In this document: piece by piece, positions 9,830-20,498 of the stretch
Layout: each line of letters opens with the position of its first letter
How positions within the stretch are numbered: the first letter of the stretch is position 1
Assembly: GCA_964351315.1 (NCBI GenBank)
Contig: CAYGNH010000005.1
Location: forward strand, 145,576 to 209,575
From: an uncultured Pseudobdellovibrionaceae bacterium
GTDB taxonomy: Bacteria; Bdellovibrionota; Bdellovibrionia; Bdellovibrionales; JAGQZY01
DNA length: 64,000 nt
Direction: 5' to 3'
The notes under the pieces: model-generated
The model's database searches: none
The model's input: only the letters and a program-made list of their open reading frames with translations
What the model was told of the DNA's origin: nothing
Translations under genes and position numbers: made by a program

Positions 9830-10195
9830 ATGGATTACACTTTTTATAAATTTTTGCACCTTTCCAGTCTTTTTGTGATGTTACTCAGCCTCGGTGCGGT
9901 CGCCTCGCACCAGCTTCAAGGCGGCACCAAAGCCAACTTCAAAAATCGCAAATTCTTTATGGCTTTGCATGGAGCCGCTTTGCTTGTCACCTTCGTCGCA
10001 GGTTTCGGATTGATTGCCAAAGCCGGCTATAATTTTTCAGCTCCCTGGATCTGGGGAAAATTGGCCATTTGGTTGATTGCCGGAATGTATCCGGTGATTT
10101 TTTATCGCAAAGGCCAAACCAAAACACCTTACTTGGTCTTGATTTCCCTAGTGATCGCCGCCGTCTATTTGGTGGAATACAAACCTTTCCTATAG
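9830..10195 (+). CDS. small 4-TM membrane protein (possibly SirB2/YchQ-like)
   Basis: 121 aa with four hydrophobic helices and GAGGAG 7 nt upstream of the ATG. The family assignment is tentative. Confidence 0.55.
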   Translation: MDYTFYKFLHLSSLFVMLLSLGAVASHQLQGGTKANFKNRKFFMALHGAALLVTFVAGFGLIAKAGYNFSAPWIWGKLAIWLIAGMYPVIFYRKGQTKTPYLVLISLVIAAVYLVEYKPFL

Positions 10196-10204
10196 AGGAT
10201 TTTT

Positions 10205-11365
10205 ATGAATAATTTTACGTTTTGGAATCCGGTTCGGGTGCATTTTGGACAAGGCCAAATCGCCAAGCTTTCCTCAGAAATTCCCGCCGGACAGAAAGTG
10301 ATGGTTCTTTACGGGGGTGGGTCCATTAAAAAAAATGGCGTCTACGAGGATGTGATTAAAAATCTTGAGGGCTACGACGTCGTTGAGTTCGGCGGAATTG
10401 AAGCCAACCCCCATTACGAAACCCTGATGCGAGCGGTGGAGCTGGCGCGCCAAGAAAAAGTGGATTTTCTGCTCGCCGTCGGCGGTGGTTCGGTTGTTGA
10501 TGGAACCAAATTTGTTTCCGTGGCCATTCCCTTTACAGAAGACGACCCTTGGAAGATCATCGCTGAGGGCGCTGACTTTAAGGGGCGCCACATCCCCTTG
10601 GGAGCCGTACTGACTTTGCCGGCGACGGGTTCTGAAATGAATATGGCATCGGTTGTGACCAAAGCGGCCACTAAGGAAAAACGAGGCTTTCTTCGTCCCG
10701 AAATGTTTCCCAAGTTTTCTATTCTTGACCCAACCTACACCTACTCTTTGCCGAAAGAGCAAATCGCCAATGGCGTGGTCGACGCCTTTGTGCATGTGAC
10801 CGAGCAGTATTTAACAAATTCGGCGGAAGCGCCCCTGCAAGAGCGATTTGCCGAAAGTCTTTTGACCACTTTAATTGAAGAGGGCCCCAAAGCCATGGTC
10901 TTGCGCGAAGACTATATGGTCCGATCCAATATCATGTGGTGCACGACCATGGCTCTCAGCGGAGTTATTGGAGCAGGAGTCCCGCAAGACTGGGCCACCC
11001 ACATGATTGGTCACGAACTGACCGCAGAATTTGGTCTGGCACATGGAACAACTTTAGCAATTGTTTTACCAAGCACCCTCAGAGTGATGAAACAACAGAA
11101 AAAAGTAAAGTTACTGCAATTCGCCGAGCGAGTTTGGAATCTAACCGAGGGCTCAGAAGAAAGTCGAATCGATGAAGCCATCGACAAAACCCAAAGTTTT
11201 TTCGAAGCGATGGGAATCAAAACTCGGATGAGTCAATATGATATTCAAAGCAAAGACATAGACACCATGCTGTCTCGCCTAGAGGCCAAAGGTATGGTGG
11301 CTCTTGGCGAACAAGGCAATATTGACATAACGACAAGCCGAACGATCTACGAAGGCTGTCTTTAG
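10205..11365 (+). CDS. yqhD: NADPH-dependent iron-containing alcohol/aldehyde reductase (YqhD family)
   Basis: 386 aa. Collinear with E. coli YqhD from memory (MNNF...GGGS.KK.GV, LLAVGGGSV.DGTKF, LTLPATGSE, VDAFVH..EQY, GVPQDWATHM.GHELTA). Confidence 0.9.
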   Translation: MNNFTFWNPVRVHFGQGQIAKLSSEIPAGQKVMVLYGGGSIKKNGVYEDVIKNLEGYDVVEFGGIEANPHYETLMRAVELARQEKVDFLLAVGGGSVVDGTKFVSVAIPFTEDDPWKIIAEGADFKGRHIPLGAVLTLPATGSEMNMASVVTKAATKEKRGFLRPEMFPKFSILDPTYTYSLPKEQIANGVVDAFVHVTEQYLTNSAEAPLQERFAESLLTTLIEEGPKAMVLREDYMVRSNIMWCTTMALSGVIGAGVPQDWATHMIGHELTAEFGLAHGTTLAIVLPSTLRVMKQQKKVKLLQFAERVWNLTEGSEESRIDEAIDKTQSFFEAMGIKTRMSQYDIQSKDIDTMLSRLEAKGMVALGEQGNIDITTSRTIYEGCL

Positions 11366-11856
11366 TGCTAAAAAAAATATTATTAATTATTGTTGTTCTG
11401 CTCCTAACACTTACCGCTGCTTTCGGAGGTCGCTTGTTCTGGCTTGGTCAAAAAAGTCCATCTATTGTTAATAATATTGGTTTAGAAAACGGCCAACTTA
11501 AAGCTTGTGGTGACAAACCCAATTGCGTGTCCAGCTCCGCCGACCCCAACAGCTCATTTTATATCGAACCATTAAAGGCTGAAAATATTGAGGTTCTTTG
11601 GGATGACTTGATGATGTTGGTGCAAGACCTGAGCAAAGACCAAAAGCAATTTGAAGTTAAAACCGAACAACCCGATTACATTCATATGATTGCGATCAGC
11701 AAGATTTTTGGTTTTGTGGACGATGTCGAGTTTCACCTTCTTGCTGACCAAGGTCTGATCGAGATGCGATCCCAGTCGCGGGTCGGTTACGGCGACCTGG
11801 GCGCAAACAGAAAACGGTTGGAAAAAATACGTTCAACCTTGCGCCCAAACCTCTAG
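11365..11856 (+). CDS. DUF1499 family protein (N-terminal TM/signal anchor)
   Basis: 163 aa. CGDKPNCVSS and the downstream layout are typical of DUF1499. The start overlaps the yqhD stop (TAGTG). Confidence 0.65.
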   Translation: MLKKILLIIVVLLLTLTAAFGGRLFWLGQKSPSIVNNIGLENGQLKACGDKPNCVSSSADPNSSFYIEPLKAENIEVLWDDLMMLVQDLSKDQKQFEVKTEQPDYIHMIAISKIFGFVDDVEFHLLADQGLIEMRSQSRVGYGDLGANRKRLEKIRSTLRPNL

Positions 11857-11934
11857 CTCTCTTTGACTGCTTCGATTGACTATAAGTAGGGATTTATAAA
11901 AAAGCCAAACAAGGATTAAAACCTTGAGTCCCGC

Positions 11935-12918
11935 GTGAAGATCGCTGATAACCCGGCCATGCTGGTTTCTTCTGAATACAAATCCTCGTTCCCCTTTTCT
12001 GACGGTCACATCGAAACCGTGGTCCCCTATTTTTTGCGTAAAGTTGGAGTGCCTCAATATTCGAGAGAACGTATTAAAACCGAAGATGACGATTTTCTAG
12101 ATCTGGATTGGGTCAAACAAGGACAAGGCAAGCTGGTGGTTCTTTCGCATGGGCTTGAGGGCAACTCGCAGTCCAAGTACCTAATGGGAATGGCCCATGC
12201 GCACCTAGCTCGCGGCTATGATGTGTTAGCCTGGAACAACCGTGGCTGCAGTGGTGAAACCAACAAACTACTAAAAATGTACCACTCGGGAGCCTCTTTT
12301 GATTTGCGAGAGGTGTTGAATCATGTATTCGCTACCGCAGATTACAATGAAATTTACCTTGTCGGATTTAGCATGGGCGGAAATATCACCCTCAAGTACT
12401 TGGGAGAAGAAGGAGCACAAGTTGATGCTCGCATTAAAAAAGCTGTGGCAATCTCCACCCCAACCGCTCTTCAAGACTGTTCAGAGGCTCTATCGAGAGG
12501 GATCAGCTCTCTTTACACCCGTCAGTTTATCTTGCGCATGGTGAGCAAATTGAAAATTAAGAAGAAGAAGTTTGACGACTTCAACCCCAATCTTTTTGAA
12601 CTCATGAAGCTCTCTGACTTTCAAGATTTTGATGACCGAATCACCGCCCCGATCAATGGTTTTAAAGACGCACTGGACTATTGGCAAAAATCGAGCAGCC
12701 TGCAGTTTCTTCCCTATATCAAGGTGAAGTCTTTAATTATCAACGCTAAAAACGATCCCTTTTTAAAGGGAAAGTGCTACCCCTATGACGAGTTGGCGGG
12801 ACACCCTTTTGTGGACCTTGAAACCCCCGAACAAGGGGGGCATGTGGGTTTTGTTGAAGAAGGTCTCTCAAAAAGAATTTGGACTGAGACCCGAGTCCCC
12901 AACTTTTTTGAAGGCTAA
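11935..12918 (+). CDS. alpha/beta hydrolase, YheT/ABHD1-3 family
   Basis: 327 aa with a GTG start. LVVLSHGLEGNS, RGCSGE, YHSG, GFSMGGN (nucleophile elbow) and GGHVGF are collinear with E. coli YheT from memory. Confidence 0.8.
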   Translation: MKIADNPAMLVSSEYKSSFPFSDGHIETVVPYFLRKVGVPQYSRERIKTEDDDFLDLDWVKQGQGKLVVLSHGLEGNSQSKYLMGMAHAHLARGYDVLAWNNRGCSGETNKLLKMYHSGASFDLREVLNHVFATADYNEIYLVGFSMGGNITLKYLGEEGAQVDARIKKAVAISTPTALQDCSEALSRGISSLYTRQFILRMVSKLKIKKKKFDDFNPNLFELMKLSDFQDFDDRITAPINGFKDALDYWQKSSSLQFLPYIKVKSLIINAKNDPFLKGKCYPYDELAGHPFVDLETPEQGGHVGFVEEGLSKRIWTETRVPNFFEG

Positions 12919-12923
12919 AAATT

Positions 12924-13652
12924 TTATTTTTTCTTCTTTTTACCTTCGCTGGCTGAGGTTGCTGGCGCCCCTACCGCTTGGTACTTGACCAATCCGTCGA
13001 AATCGTAAAAATCACGACCTCGTTTTTCTTTAGGGGTGGTTCGACCTTTGTATTCTATCAATGTCTTGGTGGCTCGGTCCAAAGTGAAGTACAGAGGATC
13101 GACAACCGCACGAATAAACATACTGGATGGGTTCATTTTTACAACCAGAGTTTTATCATCTTTCGATTCTTGAGAGAAATTGAAACCAATGGTTTCTTGT
13201 CGGTGCCAGACTCCTAGGTGAAATTTAACATCATCGCCCTTCAAAAGCTTATCCCAATTGGTCCGTATTAAATCCACCAACTGCAAACCGACAACAAAGT
13301 TGTCTTTCATGTTCGAAGTGATCGGATAATTACTTTTGCGAAACTTCTTCAGGTTGTATTCAATTTTGCCATCTTTGATCTCAATCCAAGCTTTTTGTTT
13401 TAGCTGCTTTTGATCCATATCGTACCGAACCAACTGACCCTTTTTTTCGACCATGGTTTCCTCGGTTAGAACTTCACCGTCTAAATCTTTGTAAACCGCA
13501 CGATGGGTCGTCGAATCTCCGGCCTTATTGATGTATCGCTCGTAGGTGAATTGTTTATTTTTCCCCTCTTTATCAAAACCTTCACCTTTTGAAATTAAGG
13601 TTTCATTGGCCAATGCAAATGTGGCGATCAAAGTTAGAATCACTGCAGTCAT
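12924..13652 (-). CDS. hypothetical periplasmic protein (signal peptide, Lys-rich C-terminus)
   Basis: 242-aa ORF. N-terminus MTAVILTLIATFALANE looks like a signal peptide. No family recognised. Confidence 0.55.
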   Translation of the reverse strand: MTAVILTLIATFALANETLISKGEGFDKEGKNKQFTYERYINKAGDSTTHRAVYKDLDGEVLTEETMVEKKGQLVRYDMDQKQLKQKAWIEIKDGKIEYNLKKFRKSNYPITSNMKDNFVVGLQLVDLIRTNWDKLLKGDDVKFHLGVWHRQETIGFNFSQESKDDKTLVVKMNPSSMFIRAVVDPLYFTLDRATKTLIEYKGRTTPKEKRGRDFYDFDGLVKYQAVGAPATSASEGKKKKK

Positions 13653-13729
13653 AGTCTCCCCTTCTTAGAAATGATATAAATTCTATGTTTGTTTAAAAAA
13701 CTCTGATGTTCAAGCCCAACTGATAAAAA

Positions 13730-15376
13730 CTACAGCCAAAAGCTTTTAACGCCTCTGTCTTTGGCTGTTTCTTTGGCAATCTCATAACCCGCGTCAACGT
13801 GTCGAAACACACCCATGGCCGGATCGGCTGTCAAAACCCGCTCGAGTCGTCGATCCGCCTCTTCGGTCCCATCAGCAACGATCACTTGCCCGGCATGTAA
13901 CGAATAACCCATTCCAACGCCACCTCCGTGATGAAAACTCACCCAAGTGGCTCCGCAGGCCGTGTTCGCCATGGCATTTAGAATCGGCCAGTCGCCGACA
14001 GCATCCGAACCATCCTTCATACTTTCCGTCTCTCGATTGGGCGAAGCCACCGAACCACAATCCAGATGATCGCGACCGATGACGATCGGAGCTTTTACTT
14101 TGCCTTCTCTGACCATGGCATTGAATTTCAAGCCGGCTAACATACGCTCTCCATATTCCAACCAGCAGATACGAGCCGGCAAACCTTGAAAGGCGATCCG
14201 CTCTCGAGCCATCTCCAACCAATTCAGCAGGTGGGTTTTATGAGGAAACAACTCTTTTAAGGCTTCATCTAAAGCATAAATATCTTCTTTGTCGCCACTG
14301 AGTGCCACAAACCGAAAGGGTCCACTGCCTTTACAAAACAAGGGGCGAATATAGGCCGGCACAAAGCCAGGAAAATCAAAGGCACGCTCGACACCCACAT
14401 CTTGGGCCATTGCTCGGATGTTGTTGCCGTAATCAAAAGTGATGGCACCCATATCCATAAGGTCAAGCATTCCATTGACATGATCACCCATGGATTTTTT
14501 AGAGAGCTCCACATATTTTTTAGGGTCACTTTTTCTCAATTGATCGGCCGCATTTAAGTCATAACCCGCAGGAATATATCCCACTAAGGGATCATGGGCC
14601 GAGGTTTGGTCTGTTAACAAATCAGGAACATACTTCTTTTTCACCATCTCCTGAACCACTTCAGCCATGTTGCCGACCAAAGCAACCGACTTGGCCTCCC
14701 CTTTGGCTGCATAATCCTTGATTTTTTTCCAAGCCTCATCAAGATCAAAACAAACTTCATCGACGTAGCGAGTTTTTAAGCGTTTATTGACACGTTCTTC
14801 GTCGACCTCAATAGCCAAAACACAAGCGCCGGCAAAAACTCCGGCCAATGGCTGCGCCCCACCCATTCCACCAAGACCGGCGGTGACAATGACCCGTCCT
14901 TCTAAACTGCCACCGAAATGTTGGCGACCGGCTTCGACAAAGGTTTCATAGGTTCCCTGCACAATACCTTGGGAGCCAATGTAGATCCAAGACCCCGCCG
15001 TCATTTGCCCGTACATCATTAGACCTTTTTTATCCAGTTCATGAAAATGATCCCAGGTCGCCCACTTTGGCACTAAGTTGGAATTCGCAATCATAACCCT
15101 TGGCGCATCCGGATGGGTTTTAATAACACCAATGGGTTTACCGGACTGGACAAGCAGGCTTTCATCGTTTTCTAGGTCCTTCAGAGCTTGCAAGATTTTT
15201 TCGTAGCAATCCCAGTTTCTGGCGGCTTTACCCAACCCACCGTAGACGATCAATTCGTCTGGCACTTCGGCGACATCGGCATCCAAATTGTTTTGGATCA
15301 TTCGGTAAGCCGCTTCTTGCAACCAACCTTTACAATTAAGTTTAGTCCCGGTTGGTGCTTTGATATTTTTTACCAT
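13730..15376 (-). CDS. hutU: urocanate hydratase
   Basis: 548 aa. [13 protein letters not shown]-binding segment and overall collinearity with HutU. Confidence 0.95.
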   Translation of the reverse strand: MVKNIKAPTGTKLNCKGWLQEAAYRMIQNNLDADVAEVPDELIVYGGLGKAARNWDCYEKILQALKDLENDESLLVQSGKPIGVIKTHPDAPRVMIANSNLVPKWATWDHFHELDKKGLMMYGQMTAGSWIYIGSQGIVQGTYETFVEAGRQHFGGSLEGRVIVTAGLGGMGGAQPLAGVFAGACVLAIEVDEERVNKRLKTRYVDEVCFDLDEAWKKIKDYAAKGEAKSVALVGNMAEVVQEMVKKKYVPDLLTDQTSAHDPLVGYIPAGYDLNAADQLRKSDPKKYVELSKKSMGDHVNGMLDLMDMGAITFDYGNNIRAMAQDVGVERAFDFPGFVPAYIRPLFCKGSGPFRFVALSGDKEDIYALDEALKELFPHKTHLLNWLEMARERIAFQGLPARICWLEYGERMLAGLKFNAMVREGKVKAPIVIGRDHLDCGSVASPNRETESMKDGSDAVGDWPILNAMANTACGATWVSFHHGGGVGMGYSLHAGQVIVADGTEEADRRLERVLTADPAMGVFRHVDAGYEIAKETAKDRGVKSFWL

Positions 15377-16902
15377 TCCAGCTCTCCCACTGTCTGATTG
15401 ACGACCTGGTAGATGGTGTCGTCATTAATCATTTCTTGAATTTCATGAACATCATCGGAAAAAACGCGATCTTTTTCGGCAAAAGGAACTTTTTTACGAA
15501 TGGCTTCCCAAGTGGCCCGAACCGCAGCCGCTGGCATCAATGGCTTTAACATATCCAAAGCCTGTGTGCTCGCCAGCATTTCCATGGCAATAATAAGCTC
15601 GACGTTATCGACAATCGAACCGAACTTGCGAGCCGCGATGGTGCCCATACTGACATGGTCTTCTTTATCGGCCGAAGTTGGAATGCTATCGACACTGGCC
15701 GGGTGAGATAAAATTTTATTTTCACTGACTAAGGAAGCCGCCGCCACTTGCACAATCATATGCCCCGAGTTCAAGCCCCCTTCAGGGGCCAGAAAGGCCG
15801 GCAAGCCACTCATTGAAGGGTTGATCATTTTTTCGATCCGACACTCCGAGATATTGCCAATCCCTGACATCGCAATCGCAGCAAAATCAAGGACGTAAGC
15901 CACGGGCTCGCCGTGAAAGTTTCCGCAACTTAAAATTTTTCCATCTTCTGCAAAAACCAAAGGATTGTCGGTGCTCGAATTCGCTTCAGTTTCTAAAACT
16001 TTTTGCACATGCCGAAAAGAATCTTTGGCGGCTCCGTGCACAGCCGGAATACAACGTAAGCTGTAAGCGTCTTGCACCCGCCCACAGTGCAAGTGACTTT
16101 CGGCAATATCCGAAGTCGCTCCCATCAGCTTTAAAATATTTCGGGCGGTTTTGGCTTCACCAGGATGGGGTCGAGTCGCTGAAATCACAGGATCAAAAGC
16201 ACTGCGTGATCCTTTTAAAGCTTCCAGAGTCATGGCGCCAGAAAGATCAGCCAACCAAATCAGTCGACGACCGCGGAACAAATTCAACAACCCCACCGCC
16301 GTCATCACTTGGCAGCCGTTGATCATGGAAAGCCCTTCTTTTGCCTGTAGTTCAAGGGCTGTCACGTTTTTAGACTTCAACAAATTCTGCACAGATACGG
16401 GCTTGCCATCGTCCCCCCAAGCTTTACCTTCACCGATAATGGCTAAGGCCAAATGCGAAAGCGGCGCCAAATCCCCACTGGCCCCGACACTCCCCTTTTG
16501 CGGAATGACCGGAACAATATCATTGTTTAAATAATTGAGAATCGTATCAACTACCAAAGGCCGAATCCCGCTGTGCCCTCGAGCCAAAGCGTTGGCGCGC
16601 AAAAACATGATGGCTTTTGTTTCTTGTTTGGTAAAAGGCTCACCAATCCCCATGCAATGGGAGCGAATCAGATTTTTTTGTAACTCGACAATCTGAGGCT
16701 GGGAAATTTTAACGTCACTAAAGTGACCAAAACCTGTGTTCACGCCGTAAATGGCTTCGTCACTCTCAAGGCGTCGCTCGATGTAGGCCCGCGAGGTTTT
16801 CATTTTTTCTCGAGCCACGGCCGACAATTCGACTTTTGCATCCATGTGGGCCACCGACCAAACTTGTTGAATGGTCACGTTGTCTCCAGTAAGTTGAATC
16901 AT
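15370..16902 (-). CDS. hutH: histidine ammonia-lyase
   Basis: 510 aa. [14 protein letters not shown] contains the ASG triad that forms the MIO cofactor. Overlaps the hutU start by 7 nt. Confidence 0.95.
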   Translation of the reverse strand: MIQLTGDNVTIQQVWSVAHMDAKVELSAVAREKMKTSRAYIERRLESDEAIYGVNTGFGHFSDVKISQPQIVELQKNLIRSHCMGIGEPFTKQETKAIMFLRANALARGHSGIRPLVVDTILNYLNNDIVPVIPQKGSVGASGDLAPLSHLALAIIGEGKAWGDDGKPVSVQNLLKSKNVTALELQAKEGLSMINGCQVMTAVGLLNLFRGRRLIWLADLSGAMTLEALKGSRSAFDPVISATRPHPGEAKTARNILKLMGATSDIAESHLHCGRVQDAYSLRCIPAVHGAAKDSFRHVQKVLETEANSSTDNPLVFAEDGKILSCGNFHGEPVAYVLDFAAIAMSGIGNISECRIEKMINPSMSGLPAFLAPEGGLNSGHMIVQVAAASLVSENKILSHPASVDSIPTSADKEDHVSMGTIAARKFGSIVDNVELIIAMEMLASTQALDMLKPLMPAAAVRATWEAIRKKVPFAEKDRVFSDDVHEIQEMINDDTIYQVVNQTVGELEW

Positions 16903-17555
16903 GATTTTCCTTTGAGTTGCTGAATAGCCACTTCATACCCTTGCGGGTGTTTAAACACAAAACTACCAGCCACCAAAACATCAGCCTTTGTCAGTTGGAG
17001 TTTAGTCTTGTCTGTGACTCCACCATCCACTTGAATTTTATAATTCAAGCCTTTTTGTTGTCGCCACTGGTCCAATTGGTTCACTTTCTCGACCTGATCT
17101 TCCATGAAGGATTGTCCACCAAAACCGGGATTCACCGTCATCACAAGCACCAGATCCACCATCGATAAATAGGCTTCAATATCATCCAGAGGGCTGGCCG
17201 GACGCAAGGTGATACCGGCATGAACTCCAGCCTTTCGAATGGTTTGTAACATTTCGCCCATGTTGCCTTTCGACTCGATATGAAGAGTGATGTTGTCGGC
17301 TCCGGCTTTGATAAAATCACCGATATAACGTTCGGGTTCTTCGATCATAAGGTGACAATCCAAATAGGCGTTTTTTATCGAACGCAGGGATTTCACCACA
17401 GGGGCTCCGATCGTAAGATTGGGAACAAAATGTCCGTCCATCACGTCAACGTGAATCCAGTCAGTCCCTCCGGCCATCACTTGTTCTATTTCTTGACCCA
17501 ACTTGGAAAAGTCTGCGGATAAAATACTGGGGGCAGGAACAAACTCAGGACTCAA
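16899..17555 (-). CDS. rpe: ribulose-phosphate 3-epimerase
   Basis: 218 aa. HVDVMDGHFVPNLT, MTVNPGFGGQ, VDGG. Confidence 0.95.
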   Translation of the reverse strand: MSPEFVPAPSILSADFSKLGQEIEQVMAGGTDWIHVDVMDGHFVPNLTIGAPVVKSLRSIKNAYLDCHLMIEEPERYIGDFIKAGADNITLHIESKGNMGEMLQTIRKAGVHAGITLRPASPLDDIEAYLSMVDLVLVMTVNPGFGGQSFMEDQVEKVNQLDQWRQQKGLNYKIQVDGGVTDKTKLQLTKADVLVAGSFVFKHPQGYEVAIQQLKGKS

Positions 17556-18489
17556 AACGGTCTCCTTCTTTGAGATGATAACCTCGAATAAAATCGGCTG
17601 AATTCATTCGAGCTTTACTTTCGGGCTGAACTATAAACAGTTCCAATTCTCCCTCTCCACAAGCAACGATGAAGGACTCTTTTTTAACATCCACCACCAT
17701 TCCAGGTTGGGCTTGGTGCTGTCCTTCTAGGGGTAGGCTCTTATGCAGTTTCAAGGTTTTTTGATTAAAATGAGTGTAGGCAAAGGGACCACCCATATCG
17801 AGACCACGAATTCTATTGTGGATAGCAAAACTGGATTGGTTCCAATCGACAAGGCCCTCTTCTTTTAAAATCTTTTTAGCATAGGTCACTTGTGACTCAT
17901 CTTGAGGGACGGGCTTGATAACACCTTTAATATAGGCGCCAAGATTTCGGGTCAGCAACTGGGCCCCTTTTTGACTTAGGCCTGCGTACAGTTGGGTCGC
18001 TCCGATCTCTATAGGTAGAGGCATTTGAATCTCAGCAATCACGTCACCAGCGTCCAACTTCTTAACCACTCTCTGCAAACTGACTCCTGTCACTTCATCT
18101 CCAGCCATAAGAGCCCGTTGCATCGGAGCCGCCCCACGCCAGCGGGGTAGTAAACTGGAGTGGACATTCACACATCCGTAAGTAAAGGCATCCAGAAAGT
18201 CTTGGGAGAGAATTTGGCCGTAAGCAACAACAACCCCCACATCAAATTTTTCCAGCCGAATGGATTCAATGATCGCCGGTGTGGAAATCTTCTCGGGTGT
18301 TTCAACCGGCAATGAAAAATCTTGAGCCGCCATTTTAATGGGGCTTGGCTTCAGTTTGTTGCCACGTCCGGAAGGTCGGTCCGGTTGAGTGAACACTTTG
18401 AGAACTTCAAATTCGGGACTTGTTTGCAGAGCCGCCAAGGCTGGAACAGCAAACAATGGTGTCCCCAAAAACGCTATTTTGTAAGCCAT
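17545..18489 (-). CDS. fmt: methionyl-tRNA formyltransferase
   Basis: 314 aa. VVAYGQIL, NVHSSLLPRWRGAAPMQRA. Confidence 0.95.
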   Translation of the reverse strand: MAYKIAFLGTPLFAVPALAALQTSPEFEVLKVFTQPDRPSGRGNKLKPSPIKMAAQDFSLPVETPEKISTPAIIESIRLEKFDVGVVVAYGQILSQDFLDAFTYGCVNVHSSLLPRWRGAAPMQRALMAGDEVTGVSLQRVVKKLDAGDVIAEIQMPLPIEIGATQLYAGLSQKGAQLLTRNLGAYIKGVIKPVPQDESQVTYAKKILKEEGLVDWNQSSFAIHNRIRGLDMGGPFAYTHFNQKTLKLHKSLPLEGQHQAQPGMVVDVKKESFIVACGEGELELFIVQPESKARMNSADFIRGYHLKEGDRFES

Positions 18490-18615
18490 TGCAGTCTTTT
18501 AGCAGGTGCCACGCCGTGAATCTTCACACACTGCGCCAGGGCGCGGCCCCGATTCGAAGTCGACCGGGTCTTGGTGACCAGGGCGAAGAGACAAAATTTT
18601 GAGCCAAGAGCCTAT

Positions 18616-19215
18616 TTAAAGGCTGACAGGCTCTTTCTCTTCTTCAGTTTCCTCTTCTTCTGGGTCTGGGTAACCGAACTTTTTGATTTTTGCTTTGATT
18701 CGGTTGGATTTGATGGGGCTCAAACGGTCGATAAAGACTTTGCCGTCCAGGTGATCGATCTCGTGCTGCATGCAGATCGCAAGAAGGCCATCCAGCTTGT
18801 ACTCCACCGGGTCGCCATTTTTATCCAAACCCTTCACTTCGATGTATTTGGATCGAACCACAGATTCGTAGAAACCAGGGACGCTCAGGCAGCCCTCATC
18901 AAAAGAGGTTTTTCCCTCTTTTTTCGTGATTTCAGGGTTAAAAATAACAATGGGCTGATCAACTTGCTGCTCCAGGTCCGACAGGCCCTCTTCCAGTTCA
19001 TACCGTTCTTTATCACTACGAGGGCGAATGTCGATCACTAAAAGACGAACTTCAGCCCCCACTTGGATCGCGGCCAGACCAATTCCTTTTTCAGAATACA
19101 TGGTTTCCAGCATATCATCGGCCAACTTCTGCAATTCCGGAGTGACCTTTTCGACGGCCTTCCCCTTGTGACGAAGGCGGGAATCTGGAAATCTCAATAC
19201 TTCTAATAAAGCCAT
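18616..19215 (-). CDS. def: peptide deformylase with an acidic C-terminal extension
   Basis: The three PDF motifs are present: GIGLAAIQVG, EGCLSVPG, HEIDHLDG. The C-terminus reads PDPEEEETEEEKEPVSL. Confidence 0.95.
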   Translation of the reverse strand: MALLEVLRFPDSRLRHKGKAVEKVTPELQKLADDMLETMYSEKGIGLAAIQVGAEVRLLVIDIRPRSDKERYELEEGLSDLEQQVDQPIVIFNPEITKKEGKTSFDEGCLSVPGFYESVVRSKYIEVKGLDKNGDPVEYKLDGLLAICMQHEIDHLDGKVFIDRLSPIKSNRIKAKIKKFGYPDPEEEETEEEKEPVSL

Positions 19216-19334
19216 GTTTAAAAGTCCGTTGGTTAAGTTGCGTCCAAAGGCTTAGTGCTCTTTGGTTTCTCTCCTACAGATAACCAAATATGACAAAAAA
19301 GGCAAATAAGCAGGCAAAAATGGGATTTTGGTAG

Positions 19335-20414
19335 CTAGACGCGCGTCCAACGGAAACTAAAAAAAGTGACGATCATCATAGCAATATTGGGCCCCCAGGT
19401 CGCCAGAAAGGGCGGCAGCTGCCCGTGACGGCCCAACGACATGGTCGACGAGTGCAAAACCCAAAACGAAAATGTCATCAGCAAAATTAAACCAATGTTT
19501 TTGGCCATCCCACCCGACCGCTGATGGGTGATCACAAAAGGGACCCCCAGCAAAGCCATCACCAAAATCGTAAAAGGAAAACTCAGCTTGTTCCAATAAT
19601 CCACCTCGAAGGCGGTCATGTTCAATCCGGCTTCTTTGTTTTTGGCGATGTAGCGTCCAAGCTCTTTAAAACTTAAATAATCTGACGCCGAGCTGGTAGT
19701 TTGAATATCGGCCAACTCTTCTGTCATCGCGATCGTTTTACTTTCAAAAGTTTTAACCAGGGGAGTATTTAAGTCTTCGACAAACAGAGTGATCGTTCCA
19801 TCGGTCAGCCTCCAACCCGATTTTTCAATCAAGGCTTCTTTGGAACTCACCACTTGTTGCAGTTTCCAGTCCGGCGAAAAGTAATAGAAGGTCACCCCGA
19901 AAGCTTTCTTTTTTTCAGGATCGAGAAGTTTAATATTGAAGATGATATTATCGGATCGATACCAAATCTTATTGGTTTTCACTGTGGAATAAAGACCCGG
20001 CTGCTTCTTCATCTCAACAAGGTAAATGTATTCTTTTTTCTTTTTTGTGACCGGCACCAGCTGGTCACCGATATAAAAGGACAAACCGACAAGAATGACG
20101 ATCCAAAACAACATGGGCAATAGCACTCGAGTGAGGCTCATGCCCATGCTAAACAAGGCCGTCAACTCACGACTTTTGTTAAGAGTCGACAAAGTGAAAA
20201 CCACACCGACCATGGCTGCCACGGGAATAAATTGATAAATGATTTCAAAACAGTAGACCCCATAATAGCGACCCAGAGTTCCTAAAGTGACATCAAAGCG
20301 GGTAATCTGGGTCATGAAGTCGATGACGAAAAACAAGGTCAGGAAAACAATCAATCCCGAGAAAAAATAGGTGAGAAAAGCCTTTGAAATGTAGCGATCG
20401 ACAAGGTTGAACAC
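19335..20414 (-). CDS. lptG: LPS export ABC permease, LptF/LptG (YjgP/YjgQ) family
   Basis: 359 aa. N-terminal LVDRYISKAF plus a 6-TM layout with a large periplasmic loop. The LptG-versus-LptF assignment is tentative. Confidence 0.7.
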   Translation of the reverse strand: MFNLVDRYISKAFLTYFFSGLIVFLTLFFVIDFMTQITRFDVTLGTLGRYYGVYCFEIIYQFIPVAAMVGVVFTLSTLNKSRELTALFSMGMSLTRVLLPMLFWIVILVGLSFYIGDQLVPVTKKKKEYIYLVEMKKQPGLYSTVKTNKIWYRSDNIIFNIKLLDPEKKKAFGVTFYYFSPDWKLQQVVSSKEALIEKSGWRLTDGTITLFVEDLNTPLVKTFESKTIAMTEELADIQTTSSASDYLSFKELGRYIAKNKEAGLNMTAFEVDYWNKLSFPFTILVMALLGVPFVITHQRSGGMAKNIGLILLMTFSFWVLHSSTMSLGRHGQLPPFLATWGPNIAMMIVTFFSFRWTRV

Positions 20415-20498
20415 CCCCCATTGTAAAAAGCAGGCAAATAAGGCGTCAAGTAGGGGTGAATTCTTGACTCTGATGTAAAAGAAGTTTCTACTTACTAT

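Noticed and set aside
7539-9878. Several plus-strand ORFs (7539-7835, 7723-7983, 8298-8522, 8819-9061, 8838-9329, 8932-9165, 9465-9878) lie within or next to hppA.
   Set aside because: They are antisense to a very well supported 687-aa H+-PPase gene. Their compositions are biased (Arg/Ser/His/Pro-rich), as expected of antisense frames, and they show no motifs.
18490-18615. An unusually long (126-nt), GC-rich def-fmt spacer contains a TTCGAAT (T-loop-like) motif and the repeated GCGCCCTGG. I considered a tRNA-like or small RNA gene, or a sigma-54 site (TGGCAC on the minus strand).
   Set aside because: No cloverleaf can be drawn because the flanks of TTCGAAT do not pair. TGGCAC is not followed by TTGC at the required spacing. 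Only short 4-5-bp hairpins are present. There is not enough evidence to call a feature.
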